Positions 8,678-19,583 of a stretch of 64,000 nucleotides of DNA are shown here, piece by piece. The DNA lies in NCBI GenBank assembly GCA_963725865.1, contig CAVSAC010000010.1, forward strand, positions 960,001-1,024,000, in the 5' to 3' direction. The notes beneath the pieces were generated by a model. That model was not told the origin of the DNA. It saw only the letters and a list, made by a program, of their open reading frames with translations, and did no database searches. The position numbers and the translations under genes are program-made. The first letter of the stretch is position 1; each line of letters opens with the position of its first letter. This stretch comes from Candidatus Eiseniibacteriota bacterium (GTDB lineage Bacteria > Eisenbacteria > RBG-16-71-46).

Positions 8678-10115
8678 TACCCCGTCGCGCGCGCCGTTCC
8701 ATCCGCCCGAGCGCTTCCCCGAGCTGCCGGGCGGCATTGAGCTGGATCCGACCAACTCCGCCTACGCCGCGGTGCGCGACACCTTCCGGCTGCTCGGGCT
8801 CGACCGCGAGCACGCCGGCAGCCGCGACTGGAACCCGCTCGGCGGCCTGGTGCGCCCGGGCGACACCGTGTTCCTCAAGCCCAACATGATCGCGCACCGC
8901 CACCGCCTGCGCGACGAGTGGGACTACGTCATCACGCACGGCTCGGTGATCCGCGCGGTGATGGACTACGTGCACCTCGCGCTGCGCGGCGAGGGCGCGA
9001 TCCTGCTGGGCGACGCGCCGCAGAGCGACTCGAGCTGGGACGGCCTGCTGGAGCGCATGGGCCTGGCCGCGATCCGCGACTGGTACCGCGCCCGCCACGG
9101 CTTCGCGGTGGAGCTGCTCGACCTGCGCGACGAGCACCACGTCGACCGCGACGGGATCTACGTCGAGACCGTGCGGCTGCCGGGCGACCCGCGCGGCGGG
9201 GTGGCGGTCGACCTCGCGGACGACAGCATGTTCCGCGAGCTGGACGCGCAGGGGAAGCGCTACTACGGCGCCTACTACGACTGGAAGGAGACCAACGCCC
9301 ACCAGCGCGCCGGCCGCCACGAGTACGCGATCTCGCGCTCGCCGCTGACCGCCGACGTGTTCATCAACCTGCCGAAGCTCAAGACCCACAAGAAGTGCGG
9401 CATCACCGTCAACCTCAAGGGCCTGGTCGGCATCAACGCGAACAAGAACTGGCTCCCCCACTACGCGTTCGGCGCGCCCGAGGACGGCGGCGACCAGTTC
9501 GACCACGCCACGCTCAAGACGCGGCTCGAGAACTGGGTGGTGATGCCCGCAAAACAGCTGCTGCTCGCCGACGTGCCGATGTTCAAGCGCCTGGCGCGGC
9601 GCACCAAGCAGGTCGGTTACGACGTCTTCGGAGGCACCGAGCAGGTCGTGCGCTCGGGCAACTGGCACGGCAACGACACCGTGTGGCGGATGTGCCTCGA
9701 CCTCCACCGCATCCTGCTCTACGGCGAGGCGGACGGCTCGATGCGGCCGGCGGGCGGCGCCAAGCGCTACTTCTCGGTAGTGGACGGCATCGCCGCGATG
9801 GACGGCAACGGTCCGGTCGCCGGCGACCGCCGCGAGGCCGGGCTGATCGTCGCCGGCGCCAACCCGGTCGCGGTGGACACGGTGTGCGCGCGGGTGATGG
9901 GCTTCGACCCGCAGCGCATGGCGCTGCGTGCGCCGCGCGTACGAGGCGCACCGCTGGCCGCTGGTCGAGGGCACCGAGGCGGACATCGCGCCGATCAGCG
10001 ACGTCGCCGCGTGGAATCGTCCGCTCGCCGCGTGGCGGCTCGAGGACACGCTGCGGTTCCGCCCGCACTTCGGTTGGACGGGCGCGATCGAATGGGAGGA
10101 CGCGCGGGCCGATGA
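8633..10115 (+). CDS. DUF362 domain protein, apparent frameshifts near 8690, 9928 and 10100
   Basis: Motifs VFLKPNMIAH, ITHGSVIRAV, GDAPQ, INLPKLKTHKKCGIT, DGIAAMDGNGP, NPVAVD. The N-terminus (YPVA-PFHPPERFPE) and C-terminus (FRPHFGWTGAIE) lie in adjacent frames. Confidence 0.8.
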
Positions 10116-10282
10116 GCTCGAGTCGGAGCCCGCAGCTGCGCGCGGCGCGGTGCGCGTACGAGCGCGTCCTGGTCGTCGGTTGCGGCGACGGCCCGAGGCG
10201 CGTACATCGCTCGCGTCAGGCGCGGCTTCTGTGCACGAGCGCGCGTCGACCAGTGACTCCAGCCGGTACAGCGCCCTGCTGA
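10112..10282 (+). pseudogene. Possible remnant of a class I SAM methyltransferase
   Basis: The ATG overlaps the DUF362 stop (ATGA). It contains RVLVVGCGDG (SAM motif I-like), after which the sequence degenerates. Confidence 0.35.
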
Positions 10283-10329
10283 CCCCAGCAGGACGGCACG
10301 CGCATCCACGCGGGTGCCCAGCGCGACCT

Positions 10330-11219
10330 CCTGCTCCCGTGCCGTAGCACAGTCCGACTCGCGCGGCAGCTGCGAGAACCGGCGTGAAGCGCTCGGCGGA
10401 TCGGCGCTGCGGACCCAAGCTCGCGGATGGTGGCTCTGGGCGGGCGGCAGCGCGCCCAGCAACTGGCGCGGGATACGTGCGGGTGGCATCCGCCGCCTGG
10501 ATCTGCAGGAGCAGCGCCCGATCGGAGAGTCCCGCGGCCTGGTACTCCTTGCGGGCGAACACCTCGTTCACGAACCGCGTGCGGTAGGCCTCCGCCATGC
10601 GGAGCCACACGATCGCCTCAGTCACGAGCCCGCGCGTGCCCTCGAACGGGAACGGGAACTCGCGCATGACTTCGATGCGGATCATGCCGATCTTGTCGCC
10701 CGCGACGTGGTGGCGCATCCGCAGGTCCACCGCGTCGGAGTCGAGTGGGTCGCACGGGAACCGGGTGCCCACGAGGCGGCCATCGGAGTACTCGAACAGC
10801 CCCACCACCCCGGTGTACCGGTGGCGCTCGGCCGCGGGGATCGTCTCCCAATGCGCGAGCATGCGCTCGAGCGCGGTGGGCGTGTACCAGTCGTCGGAGT
10901 CCAGGATCGCGAAGTACCGGCCGCGGGCCATCTCGACGCCCCGGTTGGTGGCGACGTGCTTGCCCCCGTTCGGCTGGTACAGGTAGCGGATCTCGAGCGC
11001 TCCCTCGGCCTGCCATTCGCGGACCAAGCTCTCGGTGCCGTCGCTCGAGCCGTCGTCGACGATGACCCACTCGAACGAGCGGAACGTCTGCGCCTTCAGG
11101 CAGTCGTGGACGCGGGGCAGCAGGCGGGCGCGGTTGTAGGTCGGCGTGAAGACCGTGAAGGCGGGATCGTCTGCCGTCCATGCCGCCGCCGGGCGGGGGG
11201 CGCCTGACTTGCACGTCAC
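10330..11219 (-). CDS. GT2 glycosyltransferase; 3' end degraded or frameshifted (low coordinate approximate)
   Basis: FTVFTPTYNRA, VIVDDGSSDGT, NGGKHVATNRG, ILDSDDW. Similarity is lost below about 10470. Confidence 0.75.
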
Positions 11220-12168
11220 GACGACCTGGCCGCGCCGGCGGTGTCGCCCGATCGCTGCGACGGAGCGGCACACCATGTCGCGCAGCGAGCGCTCAAGCGG
11301 AATGGCGGCGCTCCAGCCGGTCGCGGTGCGCAACTCGGAAGCGTCCCCGACCTGCTCGAGCACCTCGACCGCGCGCACGCGCGCCGGATCCACCACGATG
11401 CGCGCCTGCACGCCGGCCGCCGCGAGCACGCTGCTCGAGCAGCGCGCGCACCGCGACCGGACGCTCCGAGGCCACGTTGAACACGCGGCCGCGCAGGTCG
11501 TCGCGCTCCAGCAGCGCGAGGTAGGCGCGCACCGCGTCGCGGACGTCGACGAAATCGCGGCGCGGCTCCAGGTTGCCCACCCGGATCGGGGCGTCGGTCC
11601 CGCCGGCGCGCAGCGCGCGCGCCTGGGCCATGAAGTCCGAAGGCGCGAATCCCTCGCGCAGCCCGGGGCCGACCAGGTTGAACGGGCGCGCCACGGTGAC
11701 GGCCACCAGTCCGCGGCGGTGCATCGACAGCGCCGCGTGCTCGGCCGCCGCCTTGCTCGCGCCGTAGGGCGTGACCGGTCGCAGCGGGGTCGCCTCGCGC
11801 ACCGGTGACTCCTCGGGACGCGTGAGGCCGTAGACGGCGGCACTCGAGATCAGCACCACCGCCGGAGGTCGGGCCAGTGCTGCGCACGCCTCGATCAGGT
11901 GTCGTGTCGCGTCCAGGTTGACGGCCCAGCAGCGCTCGACGTCGCGGCCGCTCACGCCGGCCAGGTGGAGTACGCGGTCGGGGCGCACCCGCTCGAGCAG
12001 CGTCCGCGCCGCGTCCGGCTTCGCGAGATCGGCCGGCACGTAGCGCAGCCCCGCGGGTCCCTGCGGCGCCAGGTCGGTGCCCCACAGCTCCAGGTCCCGT
12101 CCGGCGCTCGCCTCGCGCAGGTGGCGCGCGGTGAACGACGCCGCGCCGGTGACGAGCAGGCGCGTCAT
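11216..12168 (-). CDS. GDP-mannose dehydratase/RMD-like sugar-nucleotide reductase (SDR), frameshifts near 11430 and 11250
   Basis: PDRVLHLAG, ISSAAVYG, PYGASK, ARPFNLVGPG, GNLEPRRDFVDVRD. The C-terminus (GDASELRTATGW...SLRDM) is in another frame. Confidence 0.8.
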
Positions 12169-12905
12169 CGCCGCGAGGCGGGCGCCGGGTCGGAGCCGTC
12201 GTCGCGCAGGAACTCCGCGCGGTGGGCCTCGAAGGTCTCGAGCGCGTCCGCGTAGTCGTCGGTGCGCCCGATGTCGAGCCACAGGCACGGCTGCTCGAAC
12301 GTGGTCACCGTCTCGCCCGCCTGCTTCAGCCGCATCATCAGGTCCGGCATCCCGAGGGGCTCGTGCTCGCCGATCGCCGCGAGCGCGCGCGGCTCCAGGA
12401 TGTTGATGCCCATGCTCACCGCGTAGTGCGTCTCGGGCTTCTCGATGTAACGCGCGAGCACGCCGTCGGGGCCGGTCTCGACCACGCCGTAGTCGATGCG
12501 CACGCTGCGCCGGTGCACCGCGATCGTGGCGGCGGCGCCGGCACGCCGGTGGTGCGCGAGCATCGCGCGGTAGTCCAGCGTGGTGAGCACGTCGCCGTTC
12601 ATCACCAGGAACGTCTCGTCGAGCCCCGGCACCAGGCGCAGCGGACCGGCGGTCGAGAGGGGCCGGTCCTCGCGCGAGTAGTCGATCCGCAGACCGAGCC
12701 GCCCGCCGTCGCCGAAGAACGCCTCGATCAGCTCCGCCAGGTACGAGACCGCCAGCGTCACGTGCGAGAAGCCGCTCGCCTTCAGCTGCCGCAGCACGAT
12801 CTCGAGGATGGGCATCTCGCCGATCGGCATCAGCGGCTTGGGGAACACTGTCGTGTAGGGCCGCAGCCGCGTCCCCTTGCCGCCCGCCAGGATCACCGCA
12901 CGCAT
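12165..12905 (-). CDS. Sugar-phosphate nucleotidyltransferase (NTP_transferase)
   Basis: MRAVILAGGKGTRLRPYT..PKPL, VMNGDVLT, WLDIG. Confidence 0.92.
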   Translation of the reverse strand: MRAVILAGGKGTRLRPYTTVFPKPLMPIGEMPILEIVLRQLKASGFSHVTLAVSYLAELIEAFFGDGGRLGLRIDYSREDRPLSTAGPLRLVPGLDETFLVMNGDVLTTLDYRAMLAHHRRAGAAATIAVHRRSVRIDYGVVETGPDGVLARYIEKPETHYAVSMGINILEPRALAAIGEHEPLGMPDLMMRLKQAGETVTTFEQPCLWLDIGRTDDYADALETFEAHRAEFLRDDGSDPAPASRR

Positions 12906-12918
12906 CGCGTTCGCGCCC

Positions 12919-13914
12919 TCACACGTTGTACAGGCTGGGTTTGTAGTCCGCCAGGTGACCCTGGATCCACTCCGCGGTGCGCTGCACGCCCTCCTCGAGC
13001 CCGACGCGGCTGGTCCAGCCGAGCCGCTCGCGCGCCACCGTGGCATCGCCGATCAGTGCCATCACCTCGCTGCGCTCGGGACGCACGCGCGCGTCCTCGA
13101 CCTCCACGCGCGGCCGGCGGCCGGTCGCCCGCAGGGCCAGCTCGAGCAGCTCGCGCATGGTCACCCCGCGCCCGCTGGCGAGGTTGATCACCGCGCCCTC
13201 GATCCCCGGCGCCACCGCGGCCGCCAGGAACCCTGCCACCGTGTCGGCCACGAAGTTCATGTCGCGCACCGGATCGAGCGAACCCACGCGCACCACGTCG
13301 GCGGTCAGCGCCTGGGTGAGCACCGTCGGCAGGAACGCGCGTGCCGACTGGCGCGGGCCATAGGTGTTGAACGGCCGCACGATCACCACCGGGGTCGCGA
13401 ACGAGCAGTGGTACGACTCCGCCAGCTTGTCCGCGCCGATCTTGCTCGCCGAATAGGGCGACTGCCCCTGCAGCGGGTGCTGCTCGTCGATCGGGGTGTA
13501 CCGCGCGGTCCCGTAGGTCTCGCTGGTCGAGGTGTGGAGCATGCGTTCCACGCCGTGGCGCCGCACCGCCTCCAGCACGTGGAGCGTGCCGCGCACGTTG
13601 GTGTCGACGTACTCCGACGGCGCCAGGTACGAGTACGGGATCGGGATGAGCGCGGCGAGATGGAACACGCGCTCGCAGCCCGCCACCAGCCGATCCACGA
13701 AGAACGGATCGCGCAGGTCGCCGGGGCGCACGTCGAGCGCCGCGCGGGTCTCCGGCGCGAGCCGCTCGAGCTGCCCCCAGTCGTTGCGCGAGTTGTAGTG
13801 GACCAGCGCGCGCACCCGCGCTCCGGCGGCGACCAGGGCCTCGACGAGGTGGCTCCCGATGAACCCGCCCGCGCCCGTGACGAGAACGGTGCGGCCCTTC
13901 AGCTCATCCGACAT
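12919..13914 (-). CDS. legB: LegB-like NAD-dependent nucleotide-sugar 4,6-dehydratase
   Basis: VTGAGGFIGSHL, LVHYNSRNDWG, HLAALIPIPYSY, HTSTSETYG, QGQSPYSASK, RPFNTYGPRQSARA. Confidence 0.85.
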   Translation of the reverse strand: MSDELKGRTVLVTGAGGFIGSHLVEALVAAGARVRALVHYNSRNDWGQLERLAPETRAALDVRPGDLRDPFFVDRLVAGCERVFHLAALIPIPYSYLAPSEYVDTNVRGTLHVLEAVRRHGVERMLHTSTSETYGTARYTPIDEQHPLQGQSPYSASKIGADKLAESYHCSFATPVVIVRPFNTYGPRQSARAFLPTVLTQALTADVVRVGSLDPVRDMNFVADTVAGFLAAAVAPGIEGAVINLASGRGVTMRELLELALRATGRRPRVEVEDARVRPERSEVMALIGDATVARERLGWTSRVGLEEGVQRTAEWIQGHLADYKPSLYNV

Positions 13915-13953
13915 TCGGCCCCCTCTCGCTGCGCGCCCGTGCGGCGGGCGCGG

Positions 13954-13962
13954 AGTATAGCA
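13954..13962 (-). promoter_or_regulatory. Extended -10 promoter (TGcTATACT) upstream of the legB module
   Basis: TGCTATACT on the minus strand about 40 nt upstream of the ATG, with a GAGAGGGG SD-like sequence. Confidence 0.5.
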
Positions 13963-13983
13963 TCGTGACCCGGCGGCGCCCGC

Positions 13984-15096
13984 TCATGCCAGCTTCCACC
14001 GTTCGAGCACCGCTTCGAGCCGCGGCGCGACGCGATCCCACGCATAGGCCTCGGCGGTGTGGCGCGCCCCGATCCCGAGCCGCGCGGCGAGGCGCGGCTC
14101 GCGCGCGAGCCGCGCGAGCGCCGCACGCAGCGCGAGCGGGTCGCCGGCCGGGATCGAGAGCCCGTTGGCACCATCCACCAGCAGCCCCCGCACTCCGGCC
14201 ACCGGCGTCGCGATCACGGGTCGCCCCCACGCCATCGCCTCGAGCAGCACGTTGGGCAGCCCTTCGCCGCGTCGCGCCGCGAGCACCACGCACGCCGCCT
14301 CGGCGTACCGCGGACCGAGCCGCGCGCGCTCCACGAATCCCGCGAACTCGACGTCCGCCCCGCACCGCGCGGCGCGCGCTTCGAGCGCCGCGCGCTCGGG
14401 GCCGTCGCCCGCGATCGTGAGCCGGCCCGCGCCGCCCGCGACGGCGTCGATCACGACGTCCATCCCCTTGTCCGGGATCAAGCGTCCGACCGCCAGGATG
14501 CGCCCGTCCGGGCGCGCCGTGCCGGGCGCCGGCAGCGCCGGCAGATCGATGCCATTGGGCACGACGTCGAGATGTCCCGCCACGCTGGCCCGCGCGGAGC
14601 GCGCGAACCGGTCGAGCGCGTCCAGCAGCGCCTGGCGGCCCTCCTCCGTCTGCACGAGCACGCCGCGCGCGTCGCTCCACGTGGTCGGATTGAGCGCCGC
14701 CTCGGCCGTTCGCTCGCCGAGGCGGTACTCGCCCTCGCCGCGGATCCACACGATCGCGGGCACGCCGACGCGGCGCTGGATGCGCACGCCCGCCCAGCCG
14801 CTGACGAACGACTGGAAGCACAGCAGCACCTCGGGCCGCGGGGCGAGCGAGCGCACGACCCGCTCGATCCGCGTCGCGTCGCGCCACGTCTTCCACACCG
14901 GCACGCGCGAGACCGGGAGCCGCACCACCTCGAAGCCGTCACGCGCCTCGCGGCCGGGCACCCGCTCGCTCTCCTGCCGCGTCACCACCGTGACGCGGTG
15001 GCGGACGGCGAGCAGGCGCGCCCAGCACTCGGCCTGGTGCTCGGCGCCCCCCTGCGGGCCCGGCGGAAAGCGCCCGATCAGGATCGCGAGGTTCAC
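13984..15096 (-). CDS. GT4 glycosyltransferase
   Basis: GGAEHQA, VVPNGID, ILAVGRLIPDKG, EGLPNVLLEAMAWGRPVIAT. GTG 15096 overlaps the asnB stop. Confidence 0.9.
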   Translation of the reverse strand: MNLAILIGRFPPGPQGGAEHQAECWARLLAVRHRVTVVTRQESERVPGREARDGFEVVRLPVSRVPVWKTWRDATRIERVVRSLAPRPEVLLCFQSFVSGWAGVRIQRRVGVPAIVWIRGEGEYRLGERTAEAALNPTTWSDARGVLVQTEEGRQALLDALDRFARSARASVAGHLDVVPNGIDLPALPAPGTARPDGRILAVGRLIPDKGMDVVIDAVAGGAGRLTIAGDGPERAALEARAARCGADVEFAGFVERARLGPRYAEAACVVLAARRGEGLPNVLLEAMAWGRPVIATPVAGVRGLLVDGANGLSIPAGDPLALRAALARLAREPRLAARLGIGARHTAEAYAWDRVAPRLEAVLERWKLA

Positions 15097-17014
15097 GCGC
15101 CGCTCCCTCCCGCCCACGTGGTCAGCGGCTCGGCGAGCTCCTCGCGCGCCCGGTCCACGTAGGTTTGCGCCCACAGTTCCAGGCAGGTGAGCGTCCAGAT
15201 CTGCTTGGTGCGCCGGTCGTCGCGCGAGGCGGTGTCGGCGAGCAGGCGTCCGATCGCGGCGGGGTCGGTCCAGCCGCGCGCCCGCGCCCGCGGGTCGAGC
15301 AGCACCTCGCGGGCGAGGCGGTCGAACCCGCCTCCGAACCAGCTCGCCAGCGGCACGCCGAAGCCCTGCTTGGAGCGCGCCAGAATCGCCTCCGGCAGCA
15401 GCTCGCGCAGGCTCTCGCGGAGCAGCCACTTGCCGGTCGCGCCGTGGAGCTTGAATTCGAACGGGATGCGGGCCGCGAATTCCTGGAGGGGATGGTCGAG
15501 CAGCGGCTCGCGCGCCTCGAGGGAGTGCAGCATCGAGGTGCGATCGACCTTGAGCATCACGTCGTCGATCATGTAGGTCTGCGCGTCGAGTTGCAGGAGC
15601 GCGGCGAGCTCTCCCAGCTCGCGGGCAGCCGTCGCGTGCAGCTCGCGCATCTCACGGAATGGATCGTGCCGCAGCACCACCTCGCGCAGGCTCGATCCCA
15701 GCACCGCCAGCATCTCGGGACGCGGGAACACCGACTCCACGTGGAGATGGCGGTCCACCACGCACATCGGCAGCCGGCGCAGCTTGCGCCCGACTGGATG
15801 GTCCGGGTGGAGCAGGTTCGCGGGCCACGCGAGCAGCTTGCGCAGCGGACGCGGGACGACGTCGAACGCGGCGTACTGGCGCGCGAACGTGTAGGTGGTG
15901 TAGCCGCCGAACGTCTCGTCCCCGCCGTCGCCCGAGAGCGCGACCGTGACGTGGCGCCGCGCCATCTCCGAGACGTACTGGCTCGGGATCATCGAGGCGT
16001 CGGCGAACGGCTCGTCCATCTGCCAGACCAGCCGCGGCAGCAGGTCGAGCGCGCGAGGCCGCACGATCAGCTCGTGATGATCGGTCCCCAGGTGCTTCGC
16101 CACCACGCGGGCGTGCTCGACCTCGCTGAAGTCGGCCTCCTCGAAACCGATCGTGAACGTCTTGACCGGCTCCGAGACGATCTGCTGCATCATCGCGACG
16201 ACCGCGCTCGAGTCGATCCCTCCGGACAGGAACGCGCCGAGCGGCACGTCGGCGACCATGCGCACCCGCACCGCCTCGCGCAGCAGCGACAGCAGTCGTT
16301 CGCGGTAGTAGTCGAGCGAGTGCCCGGCGTCGACGTCGGTCGGCAGCGACCAGTAGCGCTCGACCCGCACGCCGTTCGCGTCGCACACCAGCAGGTGCGC
16401 GGGCGGGAGCTTGCGCACGCCCCGCCAGATGGCGCCGGGCGCGGGCACGTACTGGAACGTGAGGTAGTCCGCGATCGAGCGCTCGTCCACCTCGCGCGGG
16501 ATCGAGGGATCGAGCATCAGCGCCTTCAGCTCGGACGCGAACACGAGGCGCCGTCCGTCGTCGTGATAGTAGAGCGGCTTGACTCCGAAGCGGTCGCGGC
16601 ACAGCAGCAGGCGTCGCCGGGGCCGGTCGAACAGCGCGAAGGCGAACATGCCGCGCAGGTGCGACGGCATCGCGTCCCCGTGCTCCTCGTAGAGATGGAG
16701 CAGCGCCTCGGTGTCGCTGGTGCCGCGGAAGCGGTGTCCCCGCGAGTCGCCAGCACCGAGCGCAGCGCGGGCCAGCCGTAGATCTCGCCGTTGTACGTGA
16801 CCCACAGGGACTCGTCCTCGTTCGGCATCGGCTGGTGACCGCCGGGCGAGAGATCGACGATCGCGAGCCGGCGATGCGCGAGCGCGACGTCGCCGTCCGT
16901 CCACAGGCCCTGGCCGTCGGGCCCGCGGTGGATCATGCAGTCGCGCTGGCGCCGCACCAGCTCCAGGTCGGGTGCGCCGCCGCGGTAGTGGAAGACGCCG
17001 TTGATTCCGCACAT
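15093..17014 (-). CDS. asnB: Asparagine synthase (glutamine-hydrolysing)-type amidotransferase, frameshift near 16745
   Basis: MCGING, HRGPD, HRRLAIVDL, YNGEIY, then RDRFGVKPLYY, LSGGIDSS, LSGDGGDE, KVDRTSMLHSLEAREPLLD. Confidence 0.92.
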
Positions 17015-17017
17015 GGC

Positions 17018-19583
17018 TCAGTGCCGTCCTACGCCGGCGCCCGCCTTCGGCGCCCGGCCCACCACGAGCGTGCCCACCGGCACGCCGGAGAAGTAGTCGT
17101 CGTCGACGAAGTAGTCGCGCAGGCTCAGGTTCGGGTAGTGCGGCTGGCGGTGCATCCGCACCTGGACGCGGTACGATCCGTCGGCCACGTCGGTCGGAAT
17201 CCGGACCGTGAACGAGTCGCGCACCAGTTCGTCGCTCCGCCACAGGTCCACGCCGTACTGGCCCGCCACCGGCAGGTGGTCTTCCCGGAAACGATAGCGC
17301 TCGTGGCGCAGGTGTTCGAGCAGCTTGCGCGCCGGCTTGCGCACCAGCGTGGGCGGATCGAAGCCGGGCGGCAGATCGCGATCGAATCGCACCGAGACCG
17401 AGTAGGCGCCGGCCGGCGCGGGGCGCTCCGCGTGCCACGCCAGCACGCCGTGCACGGTGTCTCCGCGCGATGCGACCGAGCGGTCGAGTGCGAAGCCGGC
17501 CACTACCGGCAGCCCGGGCCCCATCGCGGCCACCCGAGTCGTCGCGCCGGCCCAGGGTTCCACTCCGGGCCGCCGGGGCGCGGCTGCGAGCATCGTGTCG
17601 AGCACCGGCGCCCGCACCCGGTACACCACCAGATCCCCGGTATCGAACGCCGGCTCGAACGCATCGGGGCGAGCATCGAAGCGGGCCCGGGCGGCGCGAA
17701 ACCAGGCGTGCCCCGGAGCCCAGTAGTCGAGCTGCGGGCGCTGCGCGAAGCGGTCGTTCAGCACGATCGCGCCGACGCCGTAGCGCCGCACGACCTCGCG
17801 GGTGGTGGCCCAGGAGGCGTAAGGGTCGAGGGCATCGCGCGCGTCGAGGATCCGCCGCAGCGCCAGCGAGTCGTTCGGCGAGGAGTGCTGGTCCACCAGC
17901 GTGACCACGAACAGCCCGGTGAGCATGGGCACCGCGTACGAGGTCGCGGGATCGGACAGCACCACCTGGCCGGGCTCGAGATGCTCGCTCATCCAGTCGA
18001 AGGCGTCCTGCCAGCGGCGCGGGTCCTCGGCCCGCTCGGCCGCCGTCACCGAGTCCGGGTGCGCGAGCACGTGGAGGGCGTCCAGCACGGCCGGAGCGAG
18101 CAGCGCGAGCGCGAGCGCCAGGAACGCGGCGCTCCACCCGCGCGCCGTGCGCTGCGGCGCCCGCCACGCCGTCGCGGCCAGCTCCGGCAGCAGCCACGCG
18201 AGAATGCCGGCGAACGGCACCAGCCAGATCATGCGCATGAGCAGGTAGCCGATACGCGGCTCCAGCAACGCCACGGCGAGCGGGTCGTACATCACCAGCG
18301 CCACGGCGACCGACGCCGTGAGCAGGTACAGCACCGCGCTGTTGGCCCGCCCGCGCGACCACAGCCACGGCCACGCCAGCGGGACCAGCACCCAGGCGAT
18401 CCCCATCCACGCCCACAGCTCGCCGATCGATGCGGTCCGCAGCGTGTCGGTCACGAACAGCAGCCCCTGGGACTCGAGGTGGATCGGGTTCGATGGGCGC
18501 ATAGGCCTGGCGCGCCCGGAACAGCACGTAGGGCAGGCAGGCGAGCGCCACGAGCAGGCCGGTCCCGGCGAGCCGGCGCGCCTCGGCCCCGAAGCGGCGG
18601 TCGCGCAACAGCAGCCCCACGCCGAGGGCGGCGAACATCATCGCGAACTGGATCACCGCGAACACGTGCGCCGCGGCCGCCGCGAACCCGAGGGCCGCCG
18701 CCGCGAGCCGGGTGGCGCGGCGCGGCGCGCGCAGGTCCGCCAGCACCGCGACCGTGGTCGCGAGCGCGAGATGGTCGCCCATGCGCGAGGCGAACGCGGC
18801 CTGGCGGATGGGGCTCTGCGCCATGCTCGCGCCGTACGTGAGCACCAGCGCCCACGCCGCCAGCGCGGCACCCGACGAGCCGCGTACCAGCACGCCGAGC
18901 GCGGCGGCGGCGAGCACGAACAGCGGCACCACGAGCGCCGGCAGCGCGCGCCACGCCACCACCGGGTCGAGCCCGGCCAACCGGCAGAGCAGCGCGACCT
19001 CGCCGTGCCAGAGCCCCTTGCGGGGATCTGCGCCGAGCGCTCCGGCGTCGCGGAAGAACGCGTTCGTGGGGAACAGGTCGCCGGTCTCGAGCATGCGGCG
19101 CAGCGTGCCGACGTGGTCCGGCGTGTCGCTCGAGAGACCCATCGGCGGTCCGAAGCGCGCCGAGTGCCACGCCGCGAACGCCGCGGCCAGCAGCACGACG
19201 ACGCCGGCCCAGCGCGTGATCGAGCGCGGCGCCGCGGCCGCCTCGCGGGGTCCGCGCGCCGCCACCAGCAGCCACGGCAGCGCGCACGCGAGCGGGCTCC
19301 ATGCCGCCAGCGCCAGGAACGGCCCGCCCACCAGCCGCGAGACGAACAACTGCGCGGCGCACCACGCCACGCTGAATCCGAACGCCCAGCCCGGAGCGGT
19401 CCACGCGCCACCCGGCGGCGCCGCGCCCAGCACCACGAAGGCGGCCCCCGGCAGGACGAGCAGGGACACGAACGCGAGCGTCAGGCGCGCGACATCGGGA
19501 AGTCCACCCACCGCACCGGTCACGAGCAGGCCCGGCAGCAGGGCGGCGAGGAAGGCGCCGGCGAGGGCACGGGAACGGGTCAT
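17018..19583 (-). CDS. Large polytopic membrane protein (GT-C-like) with a periplasmic C-terminal domain, frameshift near 18496
   Basis: Many TM segments and an SSDTPDH loop. QAYAP joins SNPIHLESQG after removing one base in a G/C run. The soluble C-terminal region contains FDWMSEHL and YRVQVRM. Confidence 0.7.

Noticed and set aside
8256..11843. 1195-aa minus-strand ORF as an SDR-GT2 fusion
   Set aside because: It joins a frameshifted SDR tail, the GT2 and the antisense shadow of DUF362.
12165..13914. Complete legionaminic acid pathway
   Set aside because: Synthase, hydrolysing epimerase and CMP-transferase genes are not in the window.
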